Below are positions 1 to 9,353 of a stretch of 64,000 bases of DNA, in pieces. The stretch lies in contig CAYQZQ010000001.1 in assembly GCA_964422035.1 (NCBI GenBank), forward strand, positions 313,013 through 377,012, read 5' to 3'. The stretch is from an uncultured Pseudomonadales bacterium (GTDB lineage: Bacteria > Patescibacteriota > Microgenomatia > UBA1400 > Chazhemtobacteraceae). Numbering within the stretch: position 1 is the first letter of the stretch; each line of letters opens with the position of its first letter. The notes beneath the pieces were generated by a model, which searched no databases, had not been told where the DNA came from, and saw only the letters and a program-made list of their open reading frames with translations. Made by a program: the position numbers and the translations under genes.

Positions 1-383
1 TTGAGCTTGCGAGCTTTTATCTTACAGTTACCTACAATCCACGGCCTGTCAGTTTTGTAGGCAAAACGATAGGCAACTTTTTTTAAAGCATTGGGCAGTA
101 GATAGTCATCTGAATTTAGATAAGCTACAACATCTCCATCTGCTTGCCTTAAGCCTTGATTTAAAGCATCTACTTGACCTTCATCTTTTTGCGACTGCCA
201 GGTAATTAAGTGAGGAAATTTTTCAGCGTATTTTTTGATGATTTCAACGGAGCCATCGGTTGAGCCACCGTCGTATATTAAGTACTGAAGCTGAAAATCG
301 CCTTCTTGACTTACTACTGACTTGATTGTTTGTTCAAGATAGTCTGCTTGATTGTATGAGGGAGTTATAACGGTAAATTTCAT
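1..383 (-). CDS. GT2 family glycosyltransferase (partial, runs off window start)
   Basis: Not in the ORF track. Manual translation from ATG at 383 gives MKFTVITPSYNQADYLEQTIKSV...YDGGSTDGS...ALNQG...YLNSDD, classic GT2 motifs. Confidence 0.9.
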   Translation of the reverse strand, partial: MKFTVITPSYNQADYLEQTIKSVVSQEGDFQLQYLIYDGGSTDGSVEIIKKYAEKFPHLITWQSQKDEGQVDALNQGLRQADGDVVAYLNSDDYLLPNALKKVAYRFAYKTDRPWIVGNCKIKARKL

Positions 384-408
384 AAGCACCTTTGATTATA
401 TAGACTGG

Positions 409-1314
409 TTATGGTTTTCTGAAAAGAAAGTTGGCAGTGGTGATATAACGGCCACGGTAGTTGGAATAAGCAGAAGAGGACTGAAGCTTGTTTAGGTTAT
501 AGTCTGTTTTTCCAATTGGCTTAAGATTGTTTTTTGAGAAAAGATCGATAAAGAGAGAAAGATCTTTTTGTTTGTAAGCACCACCGAGGCGTTTTGAGTA
601 ATTAACCTGACTTTGCCAACGATCTGTTTTTTGTTGAGGAAGATAGAAATCGGTAGTTATGTATATTATTCCACCAGATTTGGTAACTCTGATCATTTCC
701 TGAATAGCTTTCTGGGTATTTTTTATAAATTTCTGATAAGCAATAGGCTGCATCGACTGATAGTTTGCATCCAGGTGCTCTAGAGTTGAGATGGCCAAGG
801 TGATGTCATAACTTTTATCTTTGTATGGCAACTTTAGTACAGAGGCTGACTTGTAATCGACTAAGGAGTTATCTTTAATTCTTGTTTGGTATGGATTTTC
901 CATGGGCTTGGGAAGATCAAGAGCTGTAACACGTGATGAGTGTTTGTCAGCTAAATAGAAAGGCAGTAGACTGGTGCCAACCCCGATATCGAGAACCTTC
1001 TTATCTTTAAAATTAACGTTTGACAGCAGAGCGCCGTATTCCCAAAGTCTTAAACCCAGAGTTTGAGGCTCTGCTAAACGTTTGTACAACTGAAAATCCC
1101 AGAGTAAAGACTTGAAAAGTAGCGGGCGAAATGAAGGCAGGTCAGATACTTTAAAAAGCGAGTTGGCTTTCTTCTTTACCAAAAAAGGGTGCAAGAGAAG
1201 AAAGTAGAAATACTTAACTAGAACAGACTTGTTGTCGGTCTTAAAAGAGTATTGACACCAACGATATGACAGCTTAAAAGCTTGTAATAAGCGTGGCAAT
1301 ACTTTCTTTAGCAT
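409..1314 (-). CDS. Class I SAM-dependent methyltransferase
   Basis: VLDIGVGTS motif I, LPYKDKSYD motif, STLEH; lies among glycan genes. Confidence 0.8.
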   Translation of the reverse strand: MLKKVLPRLLQAFKLSYRWCQYSFKTDNKSVLVKYFYFLLLHPFLVKKKANSLFKVSDLPSFRPLLFKSLLWDFQLYKRLAEPQTLGLRLWEYGALLSNVNFKDKKVLDIGVGTSLLPFYLADKHSSRVTALDLPKPMENPYQTRIKDNSLVDYKSASVLKLPYKDKSYDITLAISTLEHLDANYQSMQPIAYQKFIKNTQKAIQEMIRVTKSGGIIYITTDFYLPQQKTDRWQSQVNYSKRLGGAYKQKDLSLFIDLFSKNNLKPIGKTDYNLNKLQSSSAYSNYRGRYITTANFLFRKP

Positions 1315-2297
1315 TAGACGTTTTCTCGCCAGTATTGAAGGATGTCTTTAAGGGTTTTTTCAAAAGGAACCTCTGGCTCCCAGCCAGTGGCCTCTTTGAA
1401 CTTGGTGGCATCACCTTCAAGAATTGGTACATCAGAGGGGCGCATGCGCTTGGGGTCTTTTTCGACTTTAATGTCATCTACTGTAGACATCTCTAAAAGC
1501 ATGTCCAACATCTTTTTGATTTTGATAGACTTGCCGGTGGCGATGTTGTATACCTCGCCTGGTTTACCTTTTTGAGTTGCAAGATAGTAGCCTTTTACCA
1601 TGTCGCGAACGTCAGTAAAGTCACGCTTGGCTTGTAGATTACCAACTTTCATAACAGGCTCTTTTTTGCCGGCTTCTATTTGGGCAATTTGCTTGGCAAA
1701 AGTTGAAACGACAAAGACATCTCCTCTTCTTGGTCCGGTGTGATTAAAACCACGGGTGCGGACTATCTTCATGTCGTAGCTTTTGAAGTACTGATAGCCT
1801 AGAAAGTCTAAGCCTACTTTGGAAACAGCATAAGGAGACATGGGACGCAGAGGATTGTCTTCGTTCATTGGCACTTCGTCTGGCTTGACTAGTCCATATT
1901 CCTCTGAGGAGCAGGCAATTTGGATAACTGGATCAACCTGGGCAGCGCGAACTGCTTCAAATAAGTTGCAGGAGCCGGTTACGTTGGTTTCTAGAGTAAC
2001 TGCTGGTGAAGTCCAGGAGGCGGGGACAAAACTTTGAGCCGCAAGATGAAAGACGTAGTCTGGTTTGGCGGCAAAGACGGCTTCCTCAAGTGAGTTTAGA
2101 TCCAGAAGATCAGCTTCAATTAAGTCAAGCTTGTCTTCGATGTGATTAATGTTCTCAGTACGTGAGCGCCAGCGCATGGTGCCATAGACCTGGTGACCTT
2201 CATCTAAAAGTAGCTCGGCCATGTGAGAGCCAGCAAAACCAGTGATGCCGGTAATTAATGAACGGGGCTGATTGGAGGTTTTTTTATTTTTTGCCAT
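1314..2297 (-). CDS. GDP-mannose 4,6-dehydratase / GDP-4-keto-6-deoxymannose reductase (Gmd/Rmd) family extended SDR
   Basis: ITGITGFAG, HLAAQSFV, SSEEYG, YAVSK, FNHTGP, GNL..KRDFTDVRD; the overall pattern resembles Rmd-type proteins. Confidence 0.85.
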   Translation of the reverse strand: MAKNKKTSNQPRSLITGITGFAGSHMAELLLDEGHQVYGTMRWRSRTENINHIEDKLDLIEADLLDLNSLEEAVFAAKPDYVFHLAAQSFVPASWTSPAVTLETNVTGSCNLFEAVRAAQVDPVIQIACSSEEYGLVKPDEVPMNEDNPLRPMSPYAVSKVGLDFLGYQYFKSYDMKIVRTRGFNHTGPRRGDVFVVSTFAKQIAQIEAGKKEPVMKVGNLQAKRDFTDVRDMVKGYYLATQKGKPGEVYNIATGKSIKIKKMLDMLLEMSTVDDIKVEKDPKRMRPSDVPILEGDATKFKEATGWEPEVPFEKTLKDILQYWRENV

Positions 2298-2625
2298 TTT
2301 CTTTTAAAGATAATTGTCTAATTAATGATTCTATCTTTTTTTGGGTGTCTTTGACTCCAATATGATTTTGAAAGCCCAGGTAAGAGAGAATCATAAAGGC
2401 GCCGATCATAAGTAGATCCATGGCTCGAGTTATAAACAGTTTTTCTAAGAGAGGGTTAAGTAGACCGGGGCGAATTGAAAAAACAATAAATCCAGACCAG
2501 GCAATTACCCAGAAAAGAAACTCGTAGCCTGAGATGTTTGCTCGCTTAAAATGCAAAAAGGTAATGTAAAGCATGAAAAAGGCAAAGGAGATGGCGATGA
2601 TTTGTACACCAAGAATTGAAGTCAT
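2284..2625 (-). CDS. DUF2304-like small membrane protein
   Basis: Three hydrophobic segments and a C-terminal IE.LIRQLSL. Start placed at ATG 2625, 6 nt after TATAAT (the track starts at 2646). Confidence 0.7.
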   Translation of the reverse strand: MTSILGVQIIAISFAFFMLYITFLHFKRANISGYEFLFWVIAWSGFIVFSIRPGLLNPLLEKLFITRAMDLLMIGAFMILSYLGFQNHIGVKDTQKKIESLIRQLSLKENGKK

Positions 2626-2690
2626 GGGCATATTATATAACAGCACAGATGCACGAGGGCAAGAATCTGCAGAACTGCTAAGATATTAAT

Positions 2691-3302
2691 ATGCCTGCCA
2701 CAGCTGTAAGCCAACCGATTATTGAAAGAGAAAGCGTTGCCAGAAAGATTTTGCTGGGTATTGGGATTACTTTAACTGTTTTATTGCTTTCAGCGATGGG
2801 TAGAATCATCTACACACAGTTTTATTATTCCCCATCTAAAATAGCCAAGACACCGTACCAAGCAGCCGCAGTACTTAAACAAGAAAACTTATATAAAAGT
2901 GTGAGCAATAGCCAGTGCGGATATGTGTTTGAGTACCCAATAGATTGGCAAAGAAGCACAACCGGACAAACAGTTGTTTTAACTTCTTATAAAGACATGG
3001 ACAGGAGGGCCAACAAGGATGAGCTGAAGATTATAGTGAATTGCAAAACTGTAAGTGAAGAATCTCAGAGTGGGATGATAAACAGGCTGCGCGATAGATA
3101 TGGAGAGGATTTGCCTGCAGTTGAAAGAGTAGAGATGGCAAACAACCCGGCATGGAAACAGAAAATACCAAACCAAAATGGAGACTTGCTTGAGTACTAT
3201 GTGTTTAATCGGAAAGGTGAGGTAGTGGTAATCACAGTTTCACCAATGGAGACCAGTAAACAAAAAGAGTTGGTCGGATTTTTATCTTCTTTAAGATTTT
3301 AA
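2691..3302 (+). CDS. Membrane-anchored hypothetical protein (PsbP-like extracellular domain)
   Basis: One N-terminal TM helix followed by GYVFEYPIDW, a motif typical of PsbP-like CPR surface proteins. Confidence 0.55.
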   Translation: MPATAVSQPIIERESVARKILLGIGITLTVLLLSAMGRIIYTQFYYSPSKIAKTPYQAAAVLKQENLYKSVSNSQCGYVFEYPIDWQRSTTGQTVVLTSYKDMDRRANKDELKIIVNCKTVSEESQSGMINRLRDRYGEDLPAVERVEMANNPAWKQKIPNQNGDLLEYYVFNRKGEVVVITVSPMETSKQKELVGFLSSLRF

Positions 3303-3964
3303 TCAAATTTCCACCAGATGGAGTTGAGCAGGATTTTAAAGGCTTCAATGGGAGTAAAACCTTTGTACTTGTCGATGTAGATTGCCTCTATAGGTATGGT
3401 GACGTGTTTTAATTTACCTTGGTGCTTGCCCATCCTGGCTACCATCTCTGTTTCTACCCCGTAGCGAGAAGACTGCCATTTTATAAGGCGGTAAGCCTTT
3501 TTATTAAAGGCTCTAAAGCCACAGGGAATATCGGCAATATAGATGCCAAAAACTAGCCTCATATAGATAGATGAGGATTTATTGCCTAAAAATCTTATTA
3601 AAGGAGTTTGTAGACCAAAGTCCCGTCGGGTAAAGACGATGTCGTAGTCTTGGTTGAGTTTTTCGATGATTTCAGAGAGGTGCTTGGGATCGTGCTGAAG
3701 ATCGGAGTCCATGAGAATGAATTTGTCTGCACCTTTTTTAATAGCGTGTTCAATACCTGTTTTTAAAGCAGCCCCTTTACCCAGATTAAGACGATGGTGA
3801 AGGACGGTAACTCCCTTTTTTATATCTACGGGGACTGGATCAGAGGAACCATCATCAACTACCACAATGGGTAGATCCGGTTGGTATTTTTTGGTTAATG
3901 CCAGAGTTTGCTTGAGCCTTTCTCCTTCGTTATATGCGGGAATGATTAGATATGTTTTATTCAT
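3299..3964 (-). CDS. GT2 polyprenol-phosphate glycosyltransferase (DPM1-like)
   Basis: IIPAYNE, VVDDGSSD, NLGKGAA, MDSDLQH, D..CGFRAF. Confidence 0.9.
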   Translation of the reverse strand: MNKTYLIIPAYNEGERLKQTLALTKKYQPDLPIVVVDDGSSDPVPVDIKKGVTVLHHRLNLGKGAALKTGIEHAIKKGADKFILMDSDLQHDPKHLSEIIEKLNQDYDIVFTRRDFGLQTPLIRFLGNKSSSIYMRLVFGIYIADIPCGFRAFNKKAYRLIKWQSSRYGVETEMVARMGKHQGKLKHVTIPIEAIYIDKYKGFTPIEAFKILLNSIWWKFD

Positions 3965-3970
3965 GTTGGT

Positions 3971-4585
3971 TTATGATACCAGCTCTCTATCTATATAAGT
4001 AAAATCACCGTGTCCAGGAAAGGCTTGGGTATGGCCGGGCAGTTTGGCAAGTTTTTTAAGTGACTGCTTCATCTTGGTGGGACTGGAGTATGAGAAATCA
4101 ACCCGACCGAAACCATCTTTAAAAAGAGTGTCGCCTGAGAAGAGAATATCATCTTGTTTGTTGTACAAGCAGATACTGCCAGGAGTGTGGCCGGGGGTAT
4201 GGATAACTTTTAGTTGGCTGTCCCCTATTGTGATCAGTTGCTTGTCTTTGATAAATTCATCAATCGGGGGAACTGGGCCAGGATCTTGATTTGTCCAGTG
4301 CTTGGTGCTTTGGGGGGCTTTTTTATATAACTTAAGGTCATCTTGGTGCATTAAGATAGGCACATGGGAAAAGTTTAGTTTAAGCTCCAGTAAGCCATTG
4401 ACATGATCAAAATGACCATGAGTAAGAATGATTTTTGTAAGGGTTAGGTCATTTTCTAGTATTTTATTACTGATAAAACCGCCCTCGTCAGAGGGATCAA
4501 TGACAGCAGCCTTGTTGGTAGATTCGTCCCAGATTAGATATGAATTGGTCTTTAATGGGCCGAGTACAAATCTTTTTAGTTGCAT
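3971..4585 (-). CDS. MBL-fold metallo-hydrolase (glyoxalase II family)
   Basis: THGHFDH, HTPGHTPG, FSGDTLF, PGHG. Confidence 0.92.
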   Translation of the reverse strand: MQLKRFVLGPLKTNSYLIWDESTNKAAVIDPSDEGGFISNKILENDLTLTKIILTHGHFDHVNGLLELKLNFSHVPILMHQDDLKLYKKAPQSTKHWTNQDPGPVPPIDEFIKDKQLITIGDSQLKVIHTPGHTPGSICLYNKQDDILFSGDTLFKDGFGRVDFSYSSPTKMKQSLKKLAKLPGHTQAFPGHGDFTYIDRELVS

Positions 4586-4634
4586 AGCTAGCCTTATTTT
4601 ACAGGTAGTTAAGTATTTATTTTACACAAGGTTA

Positions 4635-4643
4635 TGTTATAAT
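4635..4643 (+). promoter_or_regulatory. Extended -10 promoter upstream of the tRNA/23S unit
   Basis: TG-T-TATAAT (TATAAT 4638-4643); a second TATAAT occurs at 4736-4741. Confidence 0.6.
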
Positions 4644-4738
4644 AGCTATTGCCGGAAACTGCTATCTATGAAAAGAATAGTCTTACAGAAAAATAATAAA
4701 ACGTGAATTAGATTTTCTATGGTAGATGGCAAGTTTAT

Positions 4739-4765
4739 AATCTCCGGTTAAACGGAGATTTTTTA
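4739..4765 (+). terminator. Intrinsic terminator-like hairpin in the rRNA leader
   Basis: AATCTCCG-GTTAAA-CGGAGATT followed by TTTT. Confidence 0.6.
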
Positions 4766-4784
4766 GTTGGCAAGCCCTTTACAA

Positions 4785-4858
4785 GGGCCTGTAGCTCAGT
4801 CGGCTAGAGCGCTACATTTGCAATGTAGAGGTCGGCGGTTCGATTCCGCCCAGGTCCA
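4785..4858 (+). tRNA. tRNA-Ala (TGC)
   Basis: Cloverleaf with acceptor stem GGGCCTG/CAGGTCC (G3:U70), anticodon arm CTACA-TT-TGC-AA-TGTAG and T arm GGCGG-TTCGATT-CCGCC; CCA is not encoded. Confidence 0.97.
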
Positions 4859-4918
4859 CGTCAGAAAATTACCTGTGGTTTTAAATTTTTTGAAGCCACA
4901 GTTTGTTGGACTGACAAC

Positions 4919-4957
4919 AACTTGGCTCTTTAAAAAGTGAATAGAAGTAAAAGGTCG
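4919..4957 (+). promoter_or_regulatory. boxA-like element and 5' arm of the 23S processing stem
   Basis: GCTCTTTAAAAA at 4925-4936; the arm is complementary to 9676-9710 (CGACCTTTTTCTATTCACTTTTTAAGAGCCAAGTT). Confidence 0.8.
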
Positions 4958-5466
4958 TATTAATTTACACAAAGTAAATTACATCGAAAAATAGAAATAA
5001 GTATTCTCGTTAAAAGTGAATAGTGAATGCCTAGGCAATAAGAGCCTAAGAAGGACGTTTCAAGCCCGCGAAAGTCGCTGGGGAGGGGGCAAGACCCGTT
5101 AATCCAGTGGTGTCCGAATGGGGAAACCCACCTTGAGTAATATCAAGGTATCCTGATTCTTTTGATTCAGGAAGGGAACTTGGGGAACTGAAATATCTTA
5201 GTACCCAAAGGAAAAGAAAACGAAAGAGATTTCCTTAGTAAGCGACGAGCGAAAAGGAAGCAACCCAAACCCAATTTATTGGGGGTTTTGGAGCCTTATA
5301 CGTCAGACAGCGGTTAGCCCAACATCCATGGAATGGGAGACCATAGAAGGTGAAAGTCCTGTAGGTTAAAATCAAAGTCTGATAAAGGATTTCCAGAGTA
5401 CCTCTAGAGACGGCAAACTCTAGAGGGAATTCGGGCCGACCATGGTCCAAGGTTAAATACTCTTAT

Positions 5467-5507
<41 letters not shown>

Positions 5508-6937
5508 ACGGGTTAAACACCCAGTGAAAAGAACCTGAAACTATTTACTGACAAACAGTCAGAGGGAGATTTATCTCCTGATGGCGTGCCTATTGAAGAA
5601 TGAGCCGGCGAGTTATTTCACACAGCAAGGTTAAACTGTTACGCAGTTCAGCCGGAGGGAAACCAAGTCCTCACAGGGCGTTTTAGTTGTGGGAAATAGA
5701 CCCGAAACCAGGTGATCTATCTATGAGCAGGGTGAAGTTAGGGTAAGACCTAGCGGAGGCCCGCACCAGTGCATGTCGCAAAATGCTTGGATGACTTGTG
5801 GATAGTGGTAATATGCCAATCGAACCTGGAGATAGCTGGTTCTCTCCGAAACATGTTTAGGCATGGTCTTTAGTTAAGACTATTGGAGGTAGAGCACTGA
5901 ATGGATATAGGGAGTCAAATCCTTGTATCCAATCAAACTCCGAATGCCAATAGTTATTGCTAGGGAATCAGTGCCCGGGGGCTAAGCTCCGGGGGCAAGA
6001 GGGAAAAATCCCAGACCTCCGCTTAAGGTCTCTAAATATGTACTAAGTGGTTAAGGAAGTTGTGTTCCTCAGACATCTAGGAGGTCGGCTTAGAAGCAGC
6101 CATCCTTGAAAGAAAGCGTAACAGCTCACTAGCAGAGGGATATAGCGTCGAAGATATATGGAGGCTAAGTACATTACCGAAGGCGAGGATTTGTATCTTT
6201 TGATACAAGTGGTAGGAGAGCGTTCTTGTGGCAACGAAGGTCACTCTGTAAGGAGGGCTGGAGCAGCAAGAAGTGAGACTGCCGGCATGAGTAACGAGAG
6301 AGAAGTGAGAATCTTCTCCGTCTAATACCTAAGGTTTCCACCGCGACGTTCGTCGACGGTGGGTCAGGCGATCCTAAGGCGAGGCCAAATGGCGTAGCCG
6401 ATGGACAACCGGTTAATATTCCGGTCCTTGTTAATATTCGTTATAGTTGGGGCGTGACATAGTTGGTTAACTTGAGCGATGCGCAGAAGTTGCATCGTCC
6501 AATCAGCAAGTCAGTTGATCTAGGCAAATCCGGATCAACGTTTATGCAAGCTGTTAATGCTAGTCTGAGGGGGACCAAAGACAAGTCAAGTGACATGAGC
6601 TATCGAGAAAAGCGTCGCAACAAGAATATTTTCAATTCGTACCGCAAACCGACACAGGTAGGTAAGTCGAGTAGACTAAGACGAGCGAGAGAACCCTTTT
6701 TAAGGAACTCGGCAAATTAGCTGGACGTAACCTCGGGAGATGTCCTACCCAATTTATTTGGGTCGCAGCTAACGATTGTGGGGGGACTGTTTAACAAAAA
6801 CACAGGTCTATGCAAAAGCGAAAGCTTACGTATATGGGCTGAAACCTGCCCAGTGCTGGAAGGTTAATTGAGGGGGTGATAGGGACTTGTCCCTTGAGCC
6901 TCTGATTGAAGCCCCAGTGAACGGCAGCAGTAACTAT

Positions 6938-7217
6938 GAAAAATTGTAGTTAAAAAATCTGGCTATATGCTGGAACGTCTTGATAGGTTGACTGTACTAC
7001 TGGTTAATTTGATTAACCACACAGTAAAAATCAGTCAAATAGAGATAATCAGCAGGAAAGGCTCCAAAAGGAGAATCCTCAGAGACTATACGCCAGACAC
7101 CTTCAGAATGAAGGTAATGATATAGTCCGGACCTTATGGAGACATAAGGATTCAGTCAGAAATGACTGAGCGCCAAGATAGCTTGGTTAGTAACCTAACG
7201 GTGAAAGTAACAGAACG
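6938..7217 (+). mobile_element. Group I intron at 23S L1917 (280 nt, no ORF)
   Basis: Interrupts TAACTAT^AAC in H69; P1 AACTAT/GTAGTT with U.G at the splice site; core elements TGCTGGAA, AATCAGCAGG, TCAGAGACTA, GATATAGTCC; terminal G. Confidence 0.92.
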
Positions 7218-7231
7218 AACTGTTCTATGGT

Positions 7232-7476
7232 AGAAATCGCTGCCATAGTAAAACTTCACTATATGCTGGAAACTCTGAGTATCCTGAAGTACTAACTTTT
7301 GTTAGTAACAATCTTCAGGTGCAGACAATCAGCAGGAAAGGCTCCGGAAGGAGAATCCTCAGAGACTATACGTGAAGCCAGAATTATCTGGAAGATATAG
7401 TCCGACCTCAGTGGCGACACTGAGAGCAGTTAAATTCGTAACTGCCTAGTAACAAGCGTCATCAAATGATGAAGTG
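7232..7476 (+). mobile_element. Group I intron at 23S L1931 (245 nt, no ORF)
   Basis: Interrupts CTATGGT^AGCGAAGTTCC; P1 CTATGGT/GCCATAG; same core elements as the L1917 intron; terminal G. Confidence 0.92.
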
Positions 7477-8039
7477 AGCGAAGTTCCTTGTCGGGTAAGT
7501 TCCGACGCGCATGAAAGGTGTAACCACCTCACAACTGTCTTGAAAAGGGACTCGGTGAAATTGAAATGGCTGTGAAGATGCGGCCTACTAACAGCAGGAC
7601 GAAAAGACCCTGTGCAGCTTTACTGTAACTTGACATTGATTTGTATTTTCCAACTGTCGAGCATAGGAGGGAGAGCCATCATTTTGTTGGCTCATCAGTG
7701 GAATACCTCTCTTTGCAAGATGCAAATCTAACCTATGTTATCTGCATACGATAACAGGGACAATGTCTGGTGGGCAGTTTAACTGGGGAGGTTGCTTGCT
7801 AAAGAGTAACGCAAGCGTACAAAGGTATCCTTAGTCCCGATGGAAACGGGACTGTAAGTATATGGATAAAAGGATGCTTAACTGATAGACCTACAAGTCA
7901 AACAGATGCGAAAGCAGGTCCAAGTGATCCTCGTGTGGATTATGGAAACCACCGAGCTTACCGAATAAAAGCTACGCCAGGGATAACAGAGTAGTTGCTC
8001 CTAAGCGTCCACAGCGACGGAGCAGTTCGCTACCTCGAT

Positions 8040-9002
8040 AGACCCATTTAAGATGTCGAGGTCATAAAGTGGCTCATAACGGTGAAACCCTATTCTAGTG
8101 AACAATTCCGACTTGATTTCGGGTTAAATTTGGTTTAATCTGAAATAAGTTAGAGATTAGAGAGGGTAATACCGTGGGAAGTCCAAAAGCTAGAAAGTTC
8201 TGGAACAAGAAGTGGAAAACCATTAAAGATTCTCTTGTCTTGACCAAAAGACAACGTGAATTGATAATAGGCTCTCTTCTTGGTGATGGTACAATGCGGA
8301 TCGGCAAAAATGCTAGACATGCCAACTTCAAAGTTGAACATTGTTTAGCCCAGAAAGATTATGTCTTCTGGAAGTACAATATCATTAAAGATTTTGTATT
8401 CACCGAACCAAAATTGAGTTTCCGTTATAGAAAGGATGGGGATAAATATCCCAAATCTTGGTGGTTTAGAACCATCAGGCATCCATTTCTAACTGAAATT
8501 TATCATTCGTTTTACACTGGAGAGAGATTTCGTACAGGAAGGAAAATAATTCCTGATAGTCTCATCAATGAAGTTACTCCATTTGCTTTGGCAATATGGA
8601 TAATGGATGATGGCTCTTATAATCAAAAGAGTATTGACATCAGCACTTATTCTTTCTCTTCCGATGACATCAAAAAACTCCAGGTTATATTCCGCAGAGT
8701 CTTTGGTATAGAAGCTAAATTCTACAAAGACAGGGATATAGGTTATAGAATGTATTTTTCAATTGAAGAAACACAAGCATTGATCCAGATCATACATCCA
8801 TACTTCATCAATTCGATGAGGTATAAGATAGGCTTTTAGGACCCCGTAACGACTGAATTCTCAAACACCATTTGAGATGAAGATATGTTCTTTGAACTAA
8901 GATTATTTAGTTTAAAATTATGAACATATAACACGCCACTATTCAACTGGATGAAGTTGAATAAAGGTATAGTCTGTTCTATTAGAAATAATAGGTTGAG
9001 TG
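8040..9002 (+). mobile_element. Group I intron at 23S L2504 (963 nt) carrying a homing endonuclease gene
   Basis: Interrupts TACCTCGAT^GTCGGCTC; P1 ACCTCGAT/GTCGAGGT; CCCGTAACGACT and GGTATAGTC core elements; terminal G. Confidence 0.92.
8174..8839 (+). CDS. Intron-encoded double-motif LAGLIDADG homing endonuclease (LAGLIDADG_2 / I-SceI-like)
   Basis: Motifs IIGSLLGDG and [10 protein letters not shown]-terminal SMRYK; lies inside the L2504 intron. Confidence 0.92.
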   Translation: MGSPKARKFWNKKWKTIKDSLVLTKRQRELIIGSLLGDGTMRIGKNARHANFKVEHCLAQKDYVFWKYNIIKDFVFTEPKLSFRYRKDGDKYPKSWWFRTIRHPFLTEIYHSFYTGERFRTGRKIIPDSLINEVTPFALAIWIMDDGSYNQKSIDISTYSFSSDDIKKLQVIFRRVFGIEAKFYKDRDIGYRMYFSIEETQALIQIIHPYFINSMRYKIGF

Positions 9003-9082
9003 GTCGGCTCAGGGTATCCTGGGGGTGAAGAAGCTCCCAAGGGTTGGTCTGTTCGCCCATTAAAACCCTACGTGAGCTGGGT

Positions 9083-9353
9083 AATTGGCAATATGAGCCC
9101 AGCATAAATTCGGCTAATATCGGTGAAGACCTAATTGATAGGTTGATACCGAGGGAAGTCACCAAGCCAGACTTGGTTGACCCCGTAGAGACTGATCCAA
9201 ACCACTAGATAATTGTGGGGAGGAGAGATAAAAGTGCTTTATCTAAGATAGATAAAAATTATACTTTTATAATACGCCGGGCTTTTCTTGAGATTGAACT
9301 CTCAAAGAAAGGAAGATATAGTCCGCACCTTAAGTAATTAAGGAGTATATGTG
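9083..9353 (+). mobile_element. Group I intron at 23S L2584 (271 nt, no ORF)
   Basis: Interrupts GCTGGGT^TCAGACCGTCGTGAGAC; P1 GCTGGGT/GCCCAGC; CCCGTAGAGACT and GATATAGTCC core elements; terminal G. Confidence 0.9.

Noticed and set aside
4428-4706. 92-aa plus-strand ORF
   Set aside because: Mostly antisense to the MBL hydrolase and spans the promoter; only the last 12 codons were kept as a possible uORF.
7047-7372. 46-nt direct repeat considered as CRISPR, DGR template/variable repeat or IS end
   Set aside because: Only two copies, both explained as group I intron cores; no cas or reverse transcriptase gene in the window.
7595-7612. A at the E. coli G2057-equivalent position as a macrolide-resistance mutation
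   Set aside because: It is compensated by U at the 2611-equivalent (GGTCTTTATC) and A2058/A2059 are intact, so it is a natural pair variant.
8095-9165. Minus-strand ORFs 8095-8331, 8150-8341 and 8836-9165
   Set aside because: Antisense to intron, endonuclease and rRNA sequence; no protein motifs.
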